Part shown: positions 15,114-29,080 of the stretch, one piece after another
How the letters are laid out: every line of letters starts with the position of its first letter
Numbering within the stretch: position 1 is the stretch's first letter
Assembly (NCBI GenBank): GCA_964016885.1
Contig: OZ024743.1
Span: 314,774,001-314,838,000 of the forward strand
Source of the DNA: Eledone cirrhosa
Taxonomy: Eukaryota
Length of the DNA: 64,000 nt
Direction: 5' to 3'
Program-made: the position numbers and the translations under genes
Notes under the pieces: generated by a model
What the model was told of the DNA's origin: nothing
Seen by the model: only the letters and a program-made list of their open reading frames with translations
Database searches by the model: none

Positions 15114-15363
15114 CCAAAGATAAATATGGTTCGTTGATTATTTGCGGTATGAAAAACGTTGAGAGTTGGTGAAATAAATCACTGCCACTATTGGAATTTA
15201 ATCAGATCCGTAGCGGTATGTCGCATATCAAATCTTATATTTTTCTGAGAAAAACGTACTTAAATATCATTGTATCTTTGAAATATGTATAATAAAATAT
15301 ATATTTTGATTATGAGAATATTTTTCATTTATTAATATTTTGAATAATATTATATATATAGTT

Positions 15364-15621
15364 ATGTAAGTATGTATGTATACGTACATACATATATGTA
15401 TACAGACGTACAGTAGTATGTATATATATATGCACACATATATATATGCACACATATATATATGTACGTATGGGTTTACCGAACATTTATTATAATGCTC
15501 GGTTTGTTTGTAAAAAAAAAAAAAAAGGTGACGATGGTTGCATGAACACTGTACGGCGTAATTAGGGCTGTTTGTTTACAAACAAACCGAGCAATATAAT
15601 AAATGTTCGGCAAACACATAC

Positions 15622-15678
<57 letters not shown>

Positions 15679-16070
15679 CATGTATGTATATATATACACA
15701 TTACTGTACGTCTGTATACATATATGTAGGTACGTATACATACATACTTACGTTTAAGTAGCAGCCGTACTAAGAGTGAGAAATGAAATTTCGTTTCATT
15801 CTTTTCCATTTATCGCTTTCGGTGCTCCCGGCCGTCTAACTGACTCGATATGCAAATTGGGCTGCTCAGCCGTTAATATGCATAAGGAAAGTATATACTT
15901 TCAGACGTTCAACCATCTAGCAGAAAGCTATACGATGCTGACGATAGCGAACAAGCTTGAAACTGTTACATCGTTTCTATATCAGTGTTGAACAAAAATG
16001 TGATGATGTTTGCCTGAACACTGTACGCCGTAATTCGGGCTGTTTGTTTACAAACAAACCAAGCATTATA

Positions 16071-16164
<94 letters not shown>

Positions 16165-16441
16165 ACGTACATACATAAATGTATACAGACGTACAGTAGT
16201 ATGTATATATATACATACATGCATACATATATATATATATATGCACGTATCGGTTTACATTCATATATGTATACAGACGTACAGTAGTATGTATATATAT
16301 ACATACATGCACACATATATATATGCAGGTATCGGTTTACCGAACATTTATTATAATGCGCCGTTTGTTTGTTTGTAAAAAAAACAGCCCGAATCACGCC
16401 GTACAGTGTTTAGAAAACCAAGTCACCTTTCTGTTCAACAT
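15364..16441. mobile_element. HHR-bearing repeat family H: antisense 15364-15512, sense partial tandem 15525-16077, antisense 16157-16441
   Basis: Homologous to 42276-43036 and 50018-50270. Confidence 0.85.
15932..15974 (+). ncRNA. Type I minimal hammerhead ribozyme motif (family H)
   Basis: ACGATG CTGACGA TAGC-GAACAA-GCTT GAAA CTGT TA CATCGT; 6-bp stem I, stem III mutated in this copy. Confidence 0.7.
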
Positions 16442-16477
16442 GCCTATGGACGCATCCAAACAACCTTACTGCAAATA

Positions 16478-16848
16478 TATATATTATTTTGCTTTGGGAC
16501 GGTCATGTTGCCAATAAAAATCACACGCACCAGTTGCTTCCACTCCAATTTATTATAAATTAAATTTATAAATTTAAGAATTTATAAATTTCTGGTTTAG
16601 ACGATTGTTCATATATTGTCAAAGTTCTTTCGTTACACATTCTGTGACCTCTTAAATGACTGGGTATTCTTTTTTTGTTTTTGTGCCTCTCCTTTGTTCT
16701 GTCGTACGCCATCTTGCTTTTGTTTGTGTTGTGTGCTTAGTATTACACCCGGGTGTCTGTGTGTGTTTATATTTTTTTATTTATTTGTTTATTTACATGT
16801 TACTGGTTGGTTGTTTGTTCTATGTGTGTGTGTGTTTTCATTTTGTCC
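16478..16848 (-). mobile_element. PLE 3' UTR/pLTR, diverged relative of the 28250-28978 arms
   Basis: Shares caaagttctttcgtt, tacgccatctt and a ttggg..ggtcat terminus; lies directly downstream of the GIY-YIG remnant. Confidence 0.6.
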
Positions 16849-17190
16849 TTAATTGTAAGTTGTGATGTTGCTATTCCATTCATGTTTTCTATTTAATTTT
16901 GGTTGGAGTTCGTTTATATTTATTGCCTCTTTGATTTGTCTAAACATTGCGTCTTTTCTGTGTGTAGATTCTATTTTTATTTCTATGTTCTCTAATTTAC
17001 CCTTATGTTCTCTTTTAGCATGTTGGTGGAGTACAGATGATTCTTTACTATCTTAAAACTCTCGCCAGTGTTCATTTTTCCGTTCTCCTATACAACGAGC
17101 TGTCTCACCTATGTACAATATATTCTTATCTCAACATTGTCCTTCAGTAATCTTATGCTATATACTACATGTCTTGTTTTACAGTTAATA
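16849..17190 (-). pseudogene. Penelope-like element GIY-YIG endonuclease pseudogene
   Basis: Manual translation NCKTRHVVYSI / DKNILYIGETARCIGERKNEHWREF*DSKESSVLHQHAKREH...DAMFRQIKEAININELQPKLNRKHEW; one stop and one frameshift. Confidence 0.85.
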
Positions 17191-17249
17191 TGGGGGCTTA
17201 AATTACAAATTCTGAAACGAAATATATATATATATTTATATATATATAT

Positions 17250-17585
17250 CTGACCAGGAATTCTTGTTGTGAAAATCAGTTATATGGAAGTATTGTCATC
17301 TTGCCTGATGGTTTGAACTTTACAACACCACCTGCCTCTTTGAGGTCAAATACCAACCCTACTAGCATCTACAAAATGACCTATGAGAATTAAGATTATT
17401 CCTGCTGACAACATTAAATTATTCCTAACAAACTCATATGTCCCAAGGCTCTCATAAACACAGAGCTGGCATATCTAAGAACAGACTAACTGCCTGATGA
17501 GGTCATATCAACTCAATGGCTCTCATCGAAATATGTATAGCACTAAATAAATTATTATGAGTTCATGCAATTGACTTATGTTTCG

Positions 17586-17590
<5 letters not shown>
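17250..17590 (+). mobile_element. PLE 3' end remnant with degenerate HHR-like motif at 17491-17542
   Basis: LPDGLN (GIY-YIG C-terminal PxGLN) at 17301; TGC CTGATGA...GAAA TATGTA TA GCA; aataaa; flanked by (TA)n. Confidence 0.55.
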
Positions 17591-17620
<30 letters not shown>

Positions 17621-17621
17621 T

Positions 17622-17659
<38 letters not shown>

Positions 17660-17661
<2 letters not shown>

Positions 17662-17835
17662 ATTGTTTCTAATTTTGGCACAAGGCCAGCAATTACCCAG
17701 TCCATTACTGGTACTTTATTTTATCGACCCCGTATGGATGAAAGGCAAAGTTAACCTCGGCGGCAGATCATAAAGGGACGTAACTATGCTGGAAAGCATG
17801 TCCGAGCCTCTACCGATACTGCCAATTCACTGCCC
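17660..17835 (-). mobile_element. SINE family A
   Basis: Homology to other copies; tatatacataat duplicated on both sides. Confidence 0.9.
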
Positions 17836-18312
17836 TTATATATATACATAATGCTTGTGTGTCTGTTTATGACGCGTAACATAGCAGTTCGACAAAATTT
17901 ATCAGACCTGAAAAGGTGATGGGATCGATTTGATTGGCAAAATCTTTTCAAGATAACGCCACAACCTGGCCGCAGTTTAACTGAAACCAATAAAATCATA
18001 TGATTATGTGTATTACTGCCTCTATAAATGACTGAATTATATCGCCATAATATTCGAATAACTGTACTGTCATGCTTACCTGTCTCTCACACACTGACGA
18101 AAGATTGTCACAAAAAGGTTCTAAAATATTTTAGATTTCATCGAAAACAGCTAAAAGGAAGACAAAAGAGTGTGGTTCATATAATCTAACATATTTTCGT
18201 TCCTGTCAGAATCAGGGTTCTCTTTCTATATGAAACAATGTGGGTGTAAGATTGATGACAGATAAGCGGCATATATAAATTGAAGCAGTTCAGTGTACAT
18301 TATATACTTTAG

Positions 18313-18490
18313 GATTGGCAGTATCGGTAGAAGGTCGGACGCCATGCTTTCCAGCATAGTTACGTCCCTTTACGATCTGAGTTCAAATCCCGCCGAGGTT
18401 TACTTTGCCTTTCATCCTTACGGGGTCGATAAAATAAAGTACCAGTAATGTACTGGGATAATTGCTGGCCTTGTGCCAAAAGTAGAAACA
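18313..18490 (+). mobile_element. SINE family A
   Basis: TSD attatatactttag at 18299-18312 and 18491-18504. Confidence 0.92.
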
Positions 18491-18530
18491 ATTATATACT
18501 TTAGTATTAGTAGACGGGAGTCTACATGTT

Positions 18531-18622
18531 ACATATCTGAGAAGCTTCCGATTTCAGAGTCAAGTTCAATCATTTATAGATCGTTTCTGAAGCTGATCGA
18601 CAGTGAAACATATGTATTATGT
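18531..18622 (+). ncRNA. HHR-like motif with extended stem II (homologue 53459-53551 on -)
   Basis: ACATAT CTGAGAA...GAAA CATATG TA TTATGT; CTGAGGA in the copy at ~53791; palindromic stem III. Confidence 0.5.
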
Positions 18623-18665
18623 AAATAAATATGTATATGATGCAACACTGAATCTTTGTTCCCTT

Positions 18666-18846
18666 GGATTAGCAATATAGGTACAGGGTCGGTCGCGATG
18701 CTTTGCAGCATAGAGTTATGGCCTTTACGGTCTAATTTGAAAGCCCGCCGAGGTTAATTTCGCATTTCATCCTCACGTGGTCGATAAAATAAAGTACCCG
18801 TAATGCACTGGCATAATTGCTAGCCTTGTGCCAAAAGTAGAAATTA
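18666..18846 (+). mobile_element. SINE family A
   Basis: Homology to other copies. Confidence 0.85.
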
Positions 18847-18850
18847 TTAT

Positions 18851-18901
<51 letters not shown>

Positions 18902-18988
18902 GGAAAAATTTGAACAGGGACAAAACAGAGAGGGAGTACAACGAATGTTTATTAATTTCACGCGCTGGAGAGTGGGGTGTTGGTGAGG

Positions 18989-19022
18989 GACGACGTTTCG
19001 GGCATAAGCCCTTCCTCAGGTG
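18989..19022 (-). ncRNA. Minimal HHR motif in a ~130-bp TA-flanked pLTR remnant (18899-19030)
   Basis: CAC CTGAGGA A GGGC-TTAT-GCCC GAAA CG TC GTC; canonical core but stem I only 2 bp; aataaa downstream. Confidence 0.65.
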
Positions 19023-19490
19023 AGAAGTGTATACATATATATATATATACATATGAACACATACACAATTTATAAAGAGCCTTATTAGAATTTTGTGTTC
19101 ACTTATATCTTTCTGGAGAATTCAAAGGGTTGATATTTCTGAAGGCAAAAACTTGATCATATTTGTATCAATACTGTTAATCATCTTCTTCATTATAGCA
19201 GATATAATTGGTATTGTGACACGTTTCTTGTAAGTTTTCTAACTAATAGCGCACCTCATCATAATTGCCATCACAAAATAATAATCCTATAATTACAATT
19301 AATATGCGCAGCAATTTATTTTACCATACATTACTTTCCATACTTCTCTGTCTTTATCTCTCTCTCTTGTTTCTCTCAACCTATTTCGCGCTGTCTATTT
19401 CGTCATATCTATCTTTATCTCTATACCAATCTATCTTTCCTTCTCCATATTCTCTTTCTCTATTTCTTTCAGTCCTTCTCTTTATCGCCC

Positions 19491-19547
<57 letters not shown>

Positions 19548-19665
19548 GTTCAGATCCACAACTAGTGATTTTGATATCGTAGTTTACAATTTGTTGAACA
19601 AACTGATTTAGCACACTCATGGGATCAATCGTGAGACATTACACACATACACACACATATCTGTA

Positions 19666-19744
<79 letters not shown>

Positions 19745-19759
19745 TATATTATATATATA

Positions 19760-19830
<71 letters not shown>

Positions 19831-20744
19831 ACTCTCTCTATCTCTCTCTTACATCTTCTGCTGTTTAATCCCTTTTTAGATCAGTACCATCTTTTGCGTC
19901 CAATCATATTGATAATAATGATTATAAAAAATAATTACGATCCAGTATTCACCTCCTTAAATGTGCCCGCTCTTAAACATATTTCATCTGAATCTTACAT
20001 TTAAATGAGACCCGTTTCATTTTTTTTCCATTCCATTGTATCTCCCGTTTCCTTGCATTTAGCCTTTTTTTATTCTCTTATTCCCCAATCCGACATTTGA
20101 AACCCCCTTTGACATCGTTGTAAAGGATACCATCTTTGTTATTGATTCCAGTTACTGGCTGCAGCCATTCTGGAGCAACTCCTGTAATAGTTTTAAAATG
20201 GTTTTATTCAATTAATCGCCCTGGAACGTAATCGCTTACCGATCTTTATTTAATGTCTAGTTGTGTTAAAATTTGATTAGCTCCATTTATTGGGCATTTT
20301 GAAGGAATATATATCGCAGTAAAAGTATTCTGAATGACGCCAGTATAAAGAAAAATAGAAACGAACACATTCATAAACTCACATTGGAATTGCATTAAAG
20401 GTCTATACATCTGCTGAATGTGCAACCACTTAGACGTTTATCTACGAGTTGAACATTCAATTAGTCAAACTTCTGAATGCTCATCCTCAAAACAAATGTG
20501 GAATCCATTTTAGTTGTTGTCGCTTTTATTGTATATCCCTAGATCTAGTAGGCCTGTGAACAATGGCATTCGGGCCTTAAAGTGTGATCATCTGCAAACG
20601 GTTTAACTTATATTCGTCACAAATTAAGCAAACATAAAGGCCCCCCTATTTCCCTATTTACTAAGTGAACATCATTCAGTTTATATGCTCCCAGGCAGCT
20701 GAATTTGATTACTAATGGCTGCCATAGTACTTCATATACATTAA

Positions 20745-21053
20745 TAATTGTTTCTACTCTTGGTACAAGGCCAGCAATTATACCACTTCATTACTGGTAC
20801 TTTATTTTATCGACCCCGTAAGGATGAAAGGCAAAGTTAACCTCGGTGGGTTATTCATTAATAATTGTTTCTACTTTTGGTACAAGGCGAGCAATTACCA
20901 AGTGTATTGCTGGTACATTATTTTATCGACCCTGTAAGGATGAAAGGCAAAGTTAACCTCGACGGGATTTGAACTCAGACCATAAAGAGCCGTAACTCTT
21001 TGCTGCAAAGCATGGCGCCCGACCCGCTACCGATACTGCCAATCCACCGCCCT
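20745..21053 (-). mobile_element. Tandem SINE A pair (truncated 20745-20850, full 20863-21053)
   Basis: cattaataa target repeated three times. Confidence 0.9.
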
Positions 21054-22129
21054 TATATTCATTAATAAAGCTTTCAAGAAAGGTGCTTAGCACTCTTAAT
21101 GTTTTTCCTTTCTCTTCATAAATGTAACACCTTGTTTTTATGTTAGTAACGCTGAATTAGCAGAATCATTAGAACGTCGAATATAGAACTTTTCGGTATT
21201 CGTGACCACTTTCATCATTCAGATGTCTGTAAAACTAACAGTCCAGTGCTGGGGCCGAGTCTTCCTCTCTAACCTTATTCTTACTTTCCCTCTCACTTTC
21301 TCTCTCCTTTTCTAGAAGAAAATGGTTCTGTTCAGATCAGGAGAAAAGATAGTCTCCACTAGGGTTAAAACATTCCAAGACACGCCGTATGTCACTACGT
21401 CGCCTCTCCGATTCTCTCAGAAGTTAGTGATCCATACATACATATAATAAAAGAGGCGAATACAAATAAACATAAAATATGAATATGTATACTAAACTTA
21501 TATATGAGGGGTACTGCTGATTATATATAAATATATATCGTGTTGCGTGTATGAGCTATTCTAGCAATTCAAAATGTCAAAACGAATACATATATATTTC
21601 TTAAACATATTCAGATGCGATTTGAGAATATTTAACGGCAATTTACAGCAGGGTGAGTAGACATATTCAGGTCCTTCATTATCGCGCTTAAATAGGTTTG
21701 GGATAAAAAGATGCTGCAGTAACATAAATCTTTAGACTATTGAACAAATATTTAACACATTTCTCATTTCTTAATTCTTTTGTTTAGTAAAACATCGTAA
21801 TGCACATGTATTGTATTAATTTCTTTGTCAAACTCTCACTAAATCAATTGTTGGTTTCCAGTCTCCATCTATTTTTATATCAGTGAAAGTAATGCCAACA
21901 GAAGCATCTACGATTAAAGATATTGTCCATCTTTGATGACGGGTTAAAAAAACACAGTACCAAGAACATGTATCTTGAATTGTTATTGTACCTCAGTCGT
22001 TCAATAATGGTATCCGCACCTCATATATCATAAATGATTTTATTCTTATATTTCCTGATTTCAGTTACTAGACACCTGCCATGTTGGGGCATCACCTTTT
22101 GACAATAATATAAAACTTAGTACTTATAT

Positions 22130-22312
22130 AATTGTTTCTACTTGTGGCACAAGGCCAGCAATTACCCAGTGCATTACTGGTACTTTATTTTATCGACCCC
22201 GTAAGGATGAAAGGCAAAGTCAACCTCGGCGGGATTTGAACTCAGATCATAAAGGGACGTAACTATGCTGGAAAGCATACCGTCCGACCCTCTACCGATA
22301 CTGCCAATCCAC
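22130..22312 (-). mobile_element. SINE family A
   Basis: TSD tagtacttatataa. Confidence 0.92.
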
Positions 22313-22485
22313 CTAGTACTTATATAACGAAGCTAGTTTTGTTGAGCCGGTAAAATGCTAGATATGATCCCCCGCCCCCCACCGCACATACACCCACAAT
22401 CACATACATACACTCAAACACGTATGTATATACATATAAAATATATACATACATACATACATAGATATATATATATATAATATAC

Positions 22486-22518
<33 letters not shown>

Positions 22519-22903
22519 TGTATGTATGTATGTATGTATGTATGTATGCATGTATGTATGTATGTATGTATGTATGTATGTATGTTCCTCTGGTTTTATA
22601 ATTTCACAAATGTTTACCAATAGAGGGAAAGTCGGTTTCTAACATAGGTACAAGACTCTCTCATTGAAATTTACACATCAACTAGGTAGATATGTATGCA
22701 TGTATGCATGTGTAGATATGGATATTATTGTATGTGAGGATGTGTATGTTTTGAGTTGTATGTGTGCATGTGTATATATGCTTTGTATCTGTACATGTGT
22801 ATATGCAGTTATTAGATGCAAAATCGTTGGAATGTTTTACATATTTTTACTGGTCCATTAATGGATTGTACTTGTAATCTGCTAACTAGTTGTGTTCTTT
22901 CTG

Positions 22904-23120
22904 TTACTGTGAAGCCCAGCTTCTCAAGATTTGTATTGGGGCAGTTATAATAACAGTTATAATCACAGGCATAAATCTGAAGGTGTAATCAGGGTGGAGT
23001 ATATGCAGATTTCTCATCAGTTCTGCATAAATATTCTCCTTTTCGCTAATCTTTGATATTAGATTGGCATCTGCTGAACAGCCAACCTCCACTACTGTGA
23101 ATGCCTTCTTTTCCCTGTCT
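22904..23120 (-). pseudogene. Restriction-like endonuclease fragment of an R4/NeSL-type retrotransposon
   Basis: [30 protein letters not shown]...FMPVII resembles the REL motif E...D......EK..Y..L....P. Confidence 0.7.
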
Positions 23121-23148
23121 CATATCATAATGTATGTATGTATATATA

Positions 23149-23280
<132 letters not shown>

Positions 23281-23285
23281 TAGAG

Positions 23286-24029
23286 AGATAATTTAATATA
23301 TCTACTAACATAAACGCACAGATGTACGCTAATGCCAGCAAATACACAGGTTATGTCATAGTACCTAGGTGGTTCAATGCAGAAGGATGCAGAACAATAA
23401 TATAAAAGACGTAAAATAAGAAAATTTAAAAAAAAAGTAAATTTAAAAAAACATTTTTTTAAAATTAACTTACTTACTTAAATTTTCACACCAACTAATT
23501 AGTTTCTGCAATGGGATAAAGACAGTTACGTAATGAACTGTTGAGAATTTTATTGCGTCATCAGGGAGGTCTATTCTCAGCCAAGTCTACAGACAATGCG
23601 CGGACACTGGGGACTCATGTAAAAATAATAATAATTCGGTAAATGGAACAGCTATCGGGGACTGGATTCCAAGCACTGAAAATTCTCGCTGCCACTGGTC
23701 AAATGGCCGATTCTAAAGAATCAATCATGTGACACTGAGGCTAGTCGGTAGGAATGGGATGGTAAGATGACAGACGCCTACTAACACCCCCCCAAAAAAA
23801 TTTAGTAGTGGTTTTGGCAGGTTTGCTCGACAAATCAGTGATTTGGAGATAAATATAGATAATTTAATATATCTACTAACATAAGCACACAGATGTACGC
23901 CAATGCCAGCAAATACACAGGTTATGACATAGTACCTAGGTGGTTCAATGCAGGAGGATGCAGAACAATAATATAAAAGACGTAAAATAAGAAAGTTTTA
24001 AAAAAAATTTTTAAAAAATTAAATTACTT
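23286..24029 (-). mobile_element. TA-flanked partial tandem element: ~180-bp direct repeats (23286-23475 / 23857-24029), period ~571 bp
   Basis: agataatttaatatatctactaacat...gtacctaggtggttcaatgcag repeated; contains an HHR-like motif. Confidence 0.8.
23487..23570 (-). ncRNA. HHR-like motif with long stem II
   Basis: CC CTGATGA C GCAAT...ATTGC A GAAA CTAATTAG TT GG; palindromic stem III ACTAATTAGT; weak stem I. Confidence 0.55.
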
Positions 24030-25040
<1,011 letters not shown>

Positions 25041-25695
25041 TTGATTTCCAGCTTCTACAGCCCACTATCTTTCACACACAAACGCACTCACACATATACA
25101 CACACAGTTACACACACATGTATACCCATACGCTTATACACACACATCTATATTTATACACGCACACATATTTTACAACCTACCACCTTTCACACCCATT
25201 GATTTCCAGCTTCTACAGCCCACTATCTTTCACACACACGCACACTCACACATATACACACTTACACTTATACACACACAGTTACACACACATATATATT
25301 TACACACACATATCTTACGGCTTTCACACGCTAGCGCACCCTCTTGATTTAACCCATTTGGTCAGTAGCTTTTGCCACAGCCTATCACGCGCACGCGCAT
25401 TCTTTCCCTCGTTTAAATTTTAAATAATTTTCTCCCATAACCCCATTCCTGTCTTAACGACATCACAACTTTCTCCGCTTGGCCTGTTCCCCCCCCCCTT
25501 TTGGAACTTTCCCCCGTTGATGGGCGTGTGCCCGAAATATTGGGATTAAATCTCTACTACGGTAACCCTTCTACCTTTGTTTTGTTTTCATCTTTGTCTC
25601 TCTCAATTTTCACTTTCACCTGTTTTTCCTATCTATCTTTCACTTCCTACCTCGAGATTTCCCTCTGCATTGTTGTGGCTTTCTTAAATACGTAT
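25041..25695 (+). mobile_element. Longer single-arm copy of the 11506-12024 family, HHR-like motif at 25510-25545
   Basis: 25444-25695 is near-identical to 11773-12022; internal direct repeat at 25041 and 25199. Confidence 0.85.
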
Positions 25696-25936
25696 ATATA
25701 TATATATATATACATATACATACATATATATACATATATATATACATATACATACATATATATACATACATACACATATATATATATATATACATATATA
25801 TATATTCATGTACATATATATATATATATATACGTATACATACATATATATACATATATATATATAAATACATATAGATGCATATAACATTTTTAATATA
25901 CATATTTTTATATATACATATACATACATATTTTTA

Positions 25937-26003
<67 letters not shown>

Positions 26004-26204
26004 CATATATATACATATATATACATATATATACATATATATACATATATATATACATATACATATACATACACACATATATATATACATATACATATAT
26101 ATATATATACATATACATACATATATATACATATATATATGTATACATATACATACATATATAATTTTTAATATACATATATATCTACATACATATACAT
26201 ACAT

Positions 26205-26249
<45 letters not shown>

Positions 26250-26261
26250 CATACATATAAC

Positions 26262-26827
26262 ATTTTTAATAGAAATACTATTAAAATCTCTTACTCTACA
26301 ACTCCTAACCTTGCACATAACATCACAGCTTCAAATTTAGCTAAACTACCTAGCCGTAGGAACACGTGCAACCCTGTAAGTACTAACTGCAATTGTAAGA
26401 ATCGGGTTGATTGCCCCCTATCCGGGAAATGCCTTTCTAGTAACATTGTCTACAAATGTAAGTTTGAAACAACCACGTCCCGTAGGGCCTACATAGGGTT
26501 AACCGCCAATAGATTCAAGCAGCGTCTTTACATGCATACCCATTCTGTTCGTTACCCTCTAAGAAGGAGTATGACGTTACTTTCAGCTTATATCTGGAGT
26601 CTAAAAGACAACCATACCCAATATAATTTACACTGGGAGATCCTAGCTAGTGTAGATCGTATAACGGAAATAAAAGACCATGTGACCTCTGCGCCGCTGA
26701 GGCCCTGGCAATACTCTACGCCACAGACCACATCTTAAATAAAAAATCTGAGGCAATTTCGGCTTGTAAACATAAATTGCAGAAAACTTTCCAGTATTAC
26801 AGCCCCACATTATACTCTAACGGATAG
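26262..26827 (+). pseudogene. Penelope-like element (Naiad/Chlamys-like) linker plus GIY-YIG endonuclease, 5'-truncated, one frameshift
   Basis: [17 protein letters not shown]...NCNCKNRVDCPLSGKCLSSNIVYKC...AYIGLTANRFKQRLYMH...LSAYIWSLKD...WEIL / PCDLCAAEALAIL...LNKKSEAISACKHK. Confidence 0.92.
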
Positions 26828-27038
26828 TACGATCTATAACGTGGATATTTTACGTCTTGATGTGGTAGCTAAGTATATGTTATGTTTATACCATTACTTA
26901 TTTGCATACGTGAGTATATATTACCTGTATGTTTTGTGAAGGGAACGTTTCCACGAACCAAAGTATCGTCTTCCTGTCTTCCTCCCATTGCAACGTTTTT
27001 TGAAATTGCCACTTCTGCGTTTACATATTGACTTTGTT

Positions 27039-27089
27039 AGTTTCAGAAGATCCCGTTAAGGGTGAAAGCAGCGATTCTTTGCTTAAACT
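27039..27089 (+). ncRNA. Type I HHR-like motif with core CAGAAGA in the pLTR of that PLE
   Basis: AGTTT CAGAAGA T CCC-GTTAA-GGG T GAAA GCA-GCGATTCTT-TGC TT AAACT; all three stems pair. Confidence 0.6.
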
Positions 27090-27128
27090 TTAATCTGTTA
27101 TTTTTATAAATATATATATATATGTAAA

Positions 27129-27575
27129 CCAGTACAACATGTCGCATGGTCGAGTTGTCGGCGACTAAACCGGTAACATCACCGAGTTGGTGAGGGGGGT
27201 GATTTTGGACACCCTGCTGGACAAAAAACAAAATCTGACAAAGGGCGGAAGAACTCATAAGAGTCAACAACTATCCAAAAAGTGGATGTATGTATATGTG
27301 CGGGGACATAGAAATAGTCGGGCTGGACACCCGATCACGTGGTTAAACCACTGGGAGTGAAGGACTCCTAGACTTTCTCGTGGCATACTTCTAGGAGAAG
27401 GCAACAGAAGAAACTGGGATAACTCCGATATAAAACCTGCGGACACAGTGTCACCGATGATGTTGATCTTTTCTTCTTTTCGGGCTAGAGCTACTGTCGC
27501 CCAGAGAGAGTGGGATTGGTTCAGTGCCTACTCTTTCCTCACATTAAAAAATATCTTCACGCACAGGCATTGCAC
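27129..27575 (+). mobile_element. Dispersed repeat, probable non-LTR retroelement 5' leader
   Basis: Homologous to 13185-13572(-). Confidence 0.6.
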
Positions 27576-27669
27576 GTTAGAATTAATTAATAATTATTAA
27601 TAATCGTATATCATGCTATGGCCATACTCGATAACGAGGCGGCAGTCATCATGTATGTATATATATATG

Positions 27670-27757
<88 letters not shown>

Positions 27758-27792
27758 CATATATATATGTATGCATATATATATGTATATAT

Positions 27793-27896
<104 letters not shown>

Positions 27897-27908
27897 CTAT
27901 ATATATGC

Positions 27909-27939
<31 letters not shown>

Positions 27940-28014
27940 GGTATATATATACATATATATATATGTATATATATACATATATATATATGTATATATATAC
28001 ATATCTATAGATAC

Positions 28015-28047
<33 letters not shown>

Positions 28048-28249
28048 GATATATATATATATATGTCTATATATACATATATATATATATATGTATATAT
28101 ATACATATATATATATATATGTATATATATATAAACATATATATATATATGTATATATATATACATATATATATATATATGTATATATATATTAACGGCG
28201 ATGAATTAGTTTTGCGAGGTTTTTTATATGAAATCGTGTGTCGAAACAA

Positions 28250-28970
28250 ATATTGTTATACTTGGGGAGGGTCATATTTGTGTAATATTGCCAGAATTAA
28301 TAACAGAACACACTCACTGTTTGGTTGGTTTTCGCTTTTCGCTTCTGTGTCTTTTATATCGGTAATCTAATTTATTCGGTCGTCAATGTTGCCATTGACT
28401 GACCAACGGTCAAAAATAGTACAGATACAATATAGACACAAACACATATATATAGTTTATCAAAGTTCCTTCGTTGCACATCTGCAACATCGTCAGTGGT
28501 GTTATTGTTTCCTCCCGTTGCATTGTGTTTCTACGCCATCTTTATTTAGTCTGTTTATATAATTATTTATTTATTTGTTTCTTTGTTTATTTTATTTTGT
28601 CTTCTTTGCGCATGCGTTTGCGTGTGTATAGCAAAGAAGACAAAATAAAATAAACAAACAAATAAATAAATATATAAACAGACTAAATAAAGATGGCGTA
28701 GAAATACAATGCAACGGGAGGAATCTATAGCACCACTGACTATGTTGCAGATGTGCAACGAAAGAACTTTGATAAACCATATATATGTGTTTGTGTCTAT
28801 ATTGTATCTGTATTATTTTTGACCGTTGGTCAGTCAATGGCAACATTGAGTACCGAATAAATTAAATTACCGATATAAAAGAAACAGAAGCGAAAAGCGA
28901 AAACCAACCAAACAGTGTGTTCTGTTATTAATTCTGGCAATATTACACAAATATGACCCTCCCCAAGTAT

Positions 28971-28978
<8 letters not shown>
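28250..28978. mobile_element. Palindromic PLE pLTR remnant: ~350-bp arms, 21-nt spacer (28610-28630), HHR motifs at 28459-28500(-) and 28732-28773(+)
   Basis: Reverse-complementary arms; consensus CA CTGACGA T GTTGCA-GATG-TGCAAC GAAA GAAC TT TG. Confidence 0.9.
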
Positions 28979-29035
<57 letters not shown>

Positions 29036-29080
29036 GAAAGTGTTAATAAAACGATCAAATTTTAGTTTAGAACATTTATT

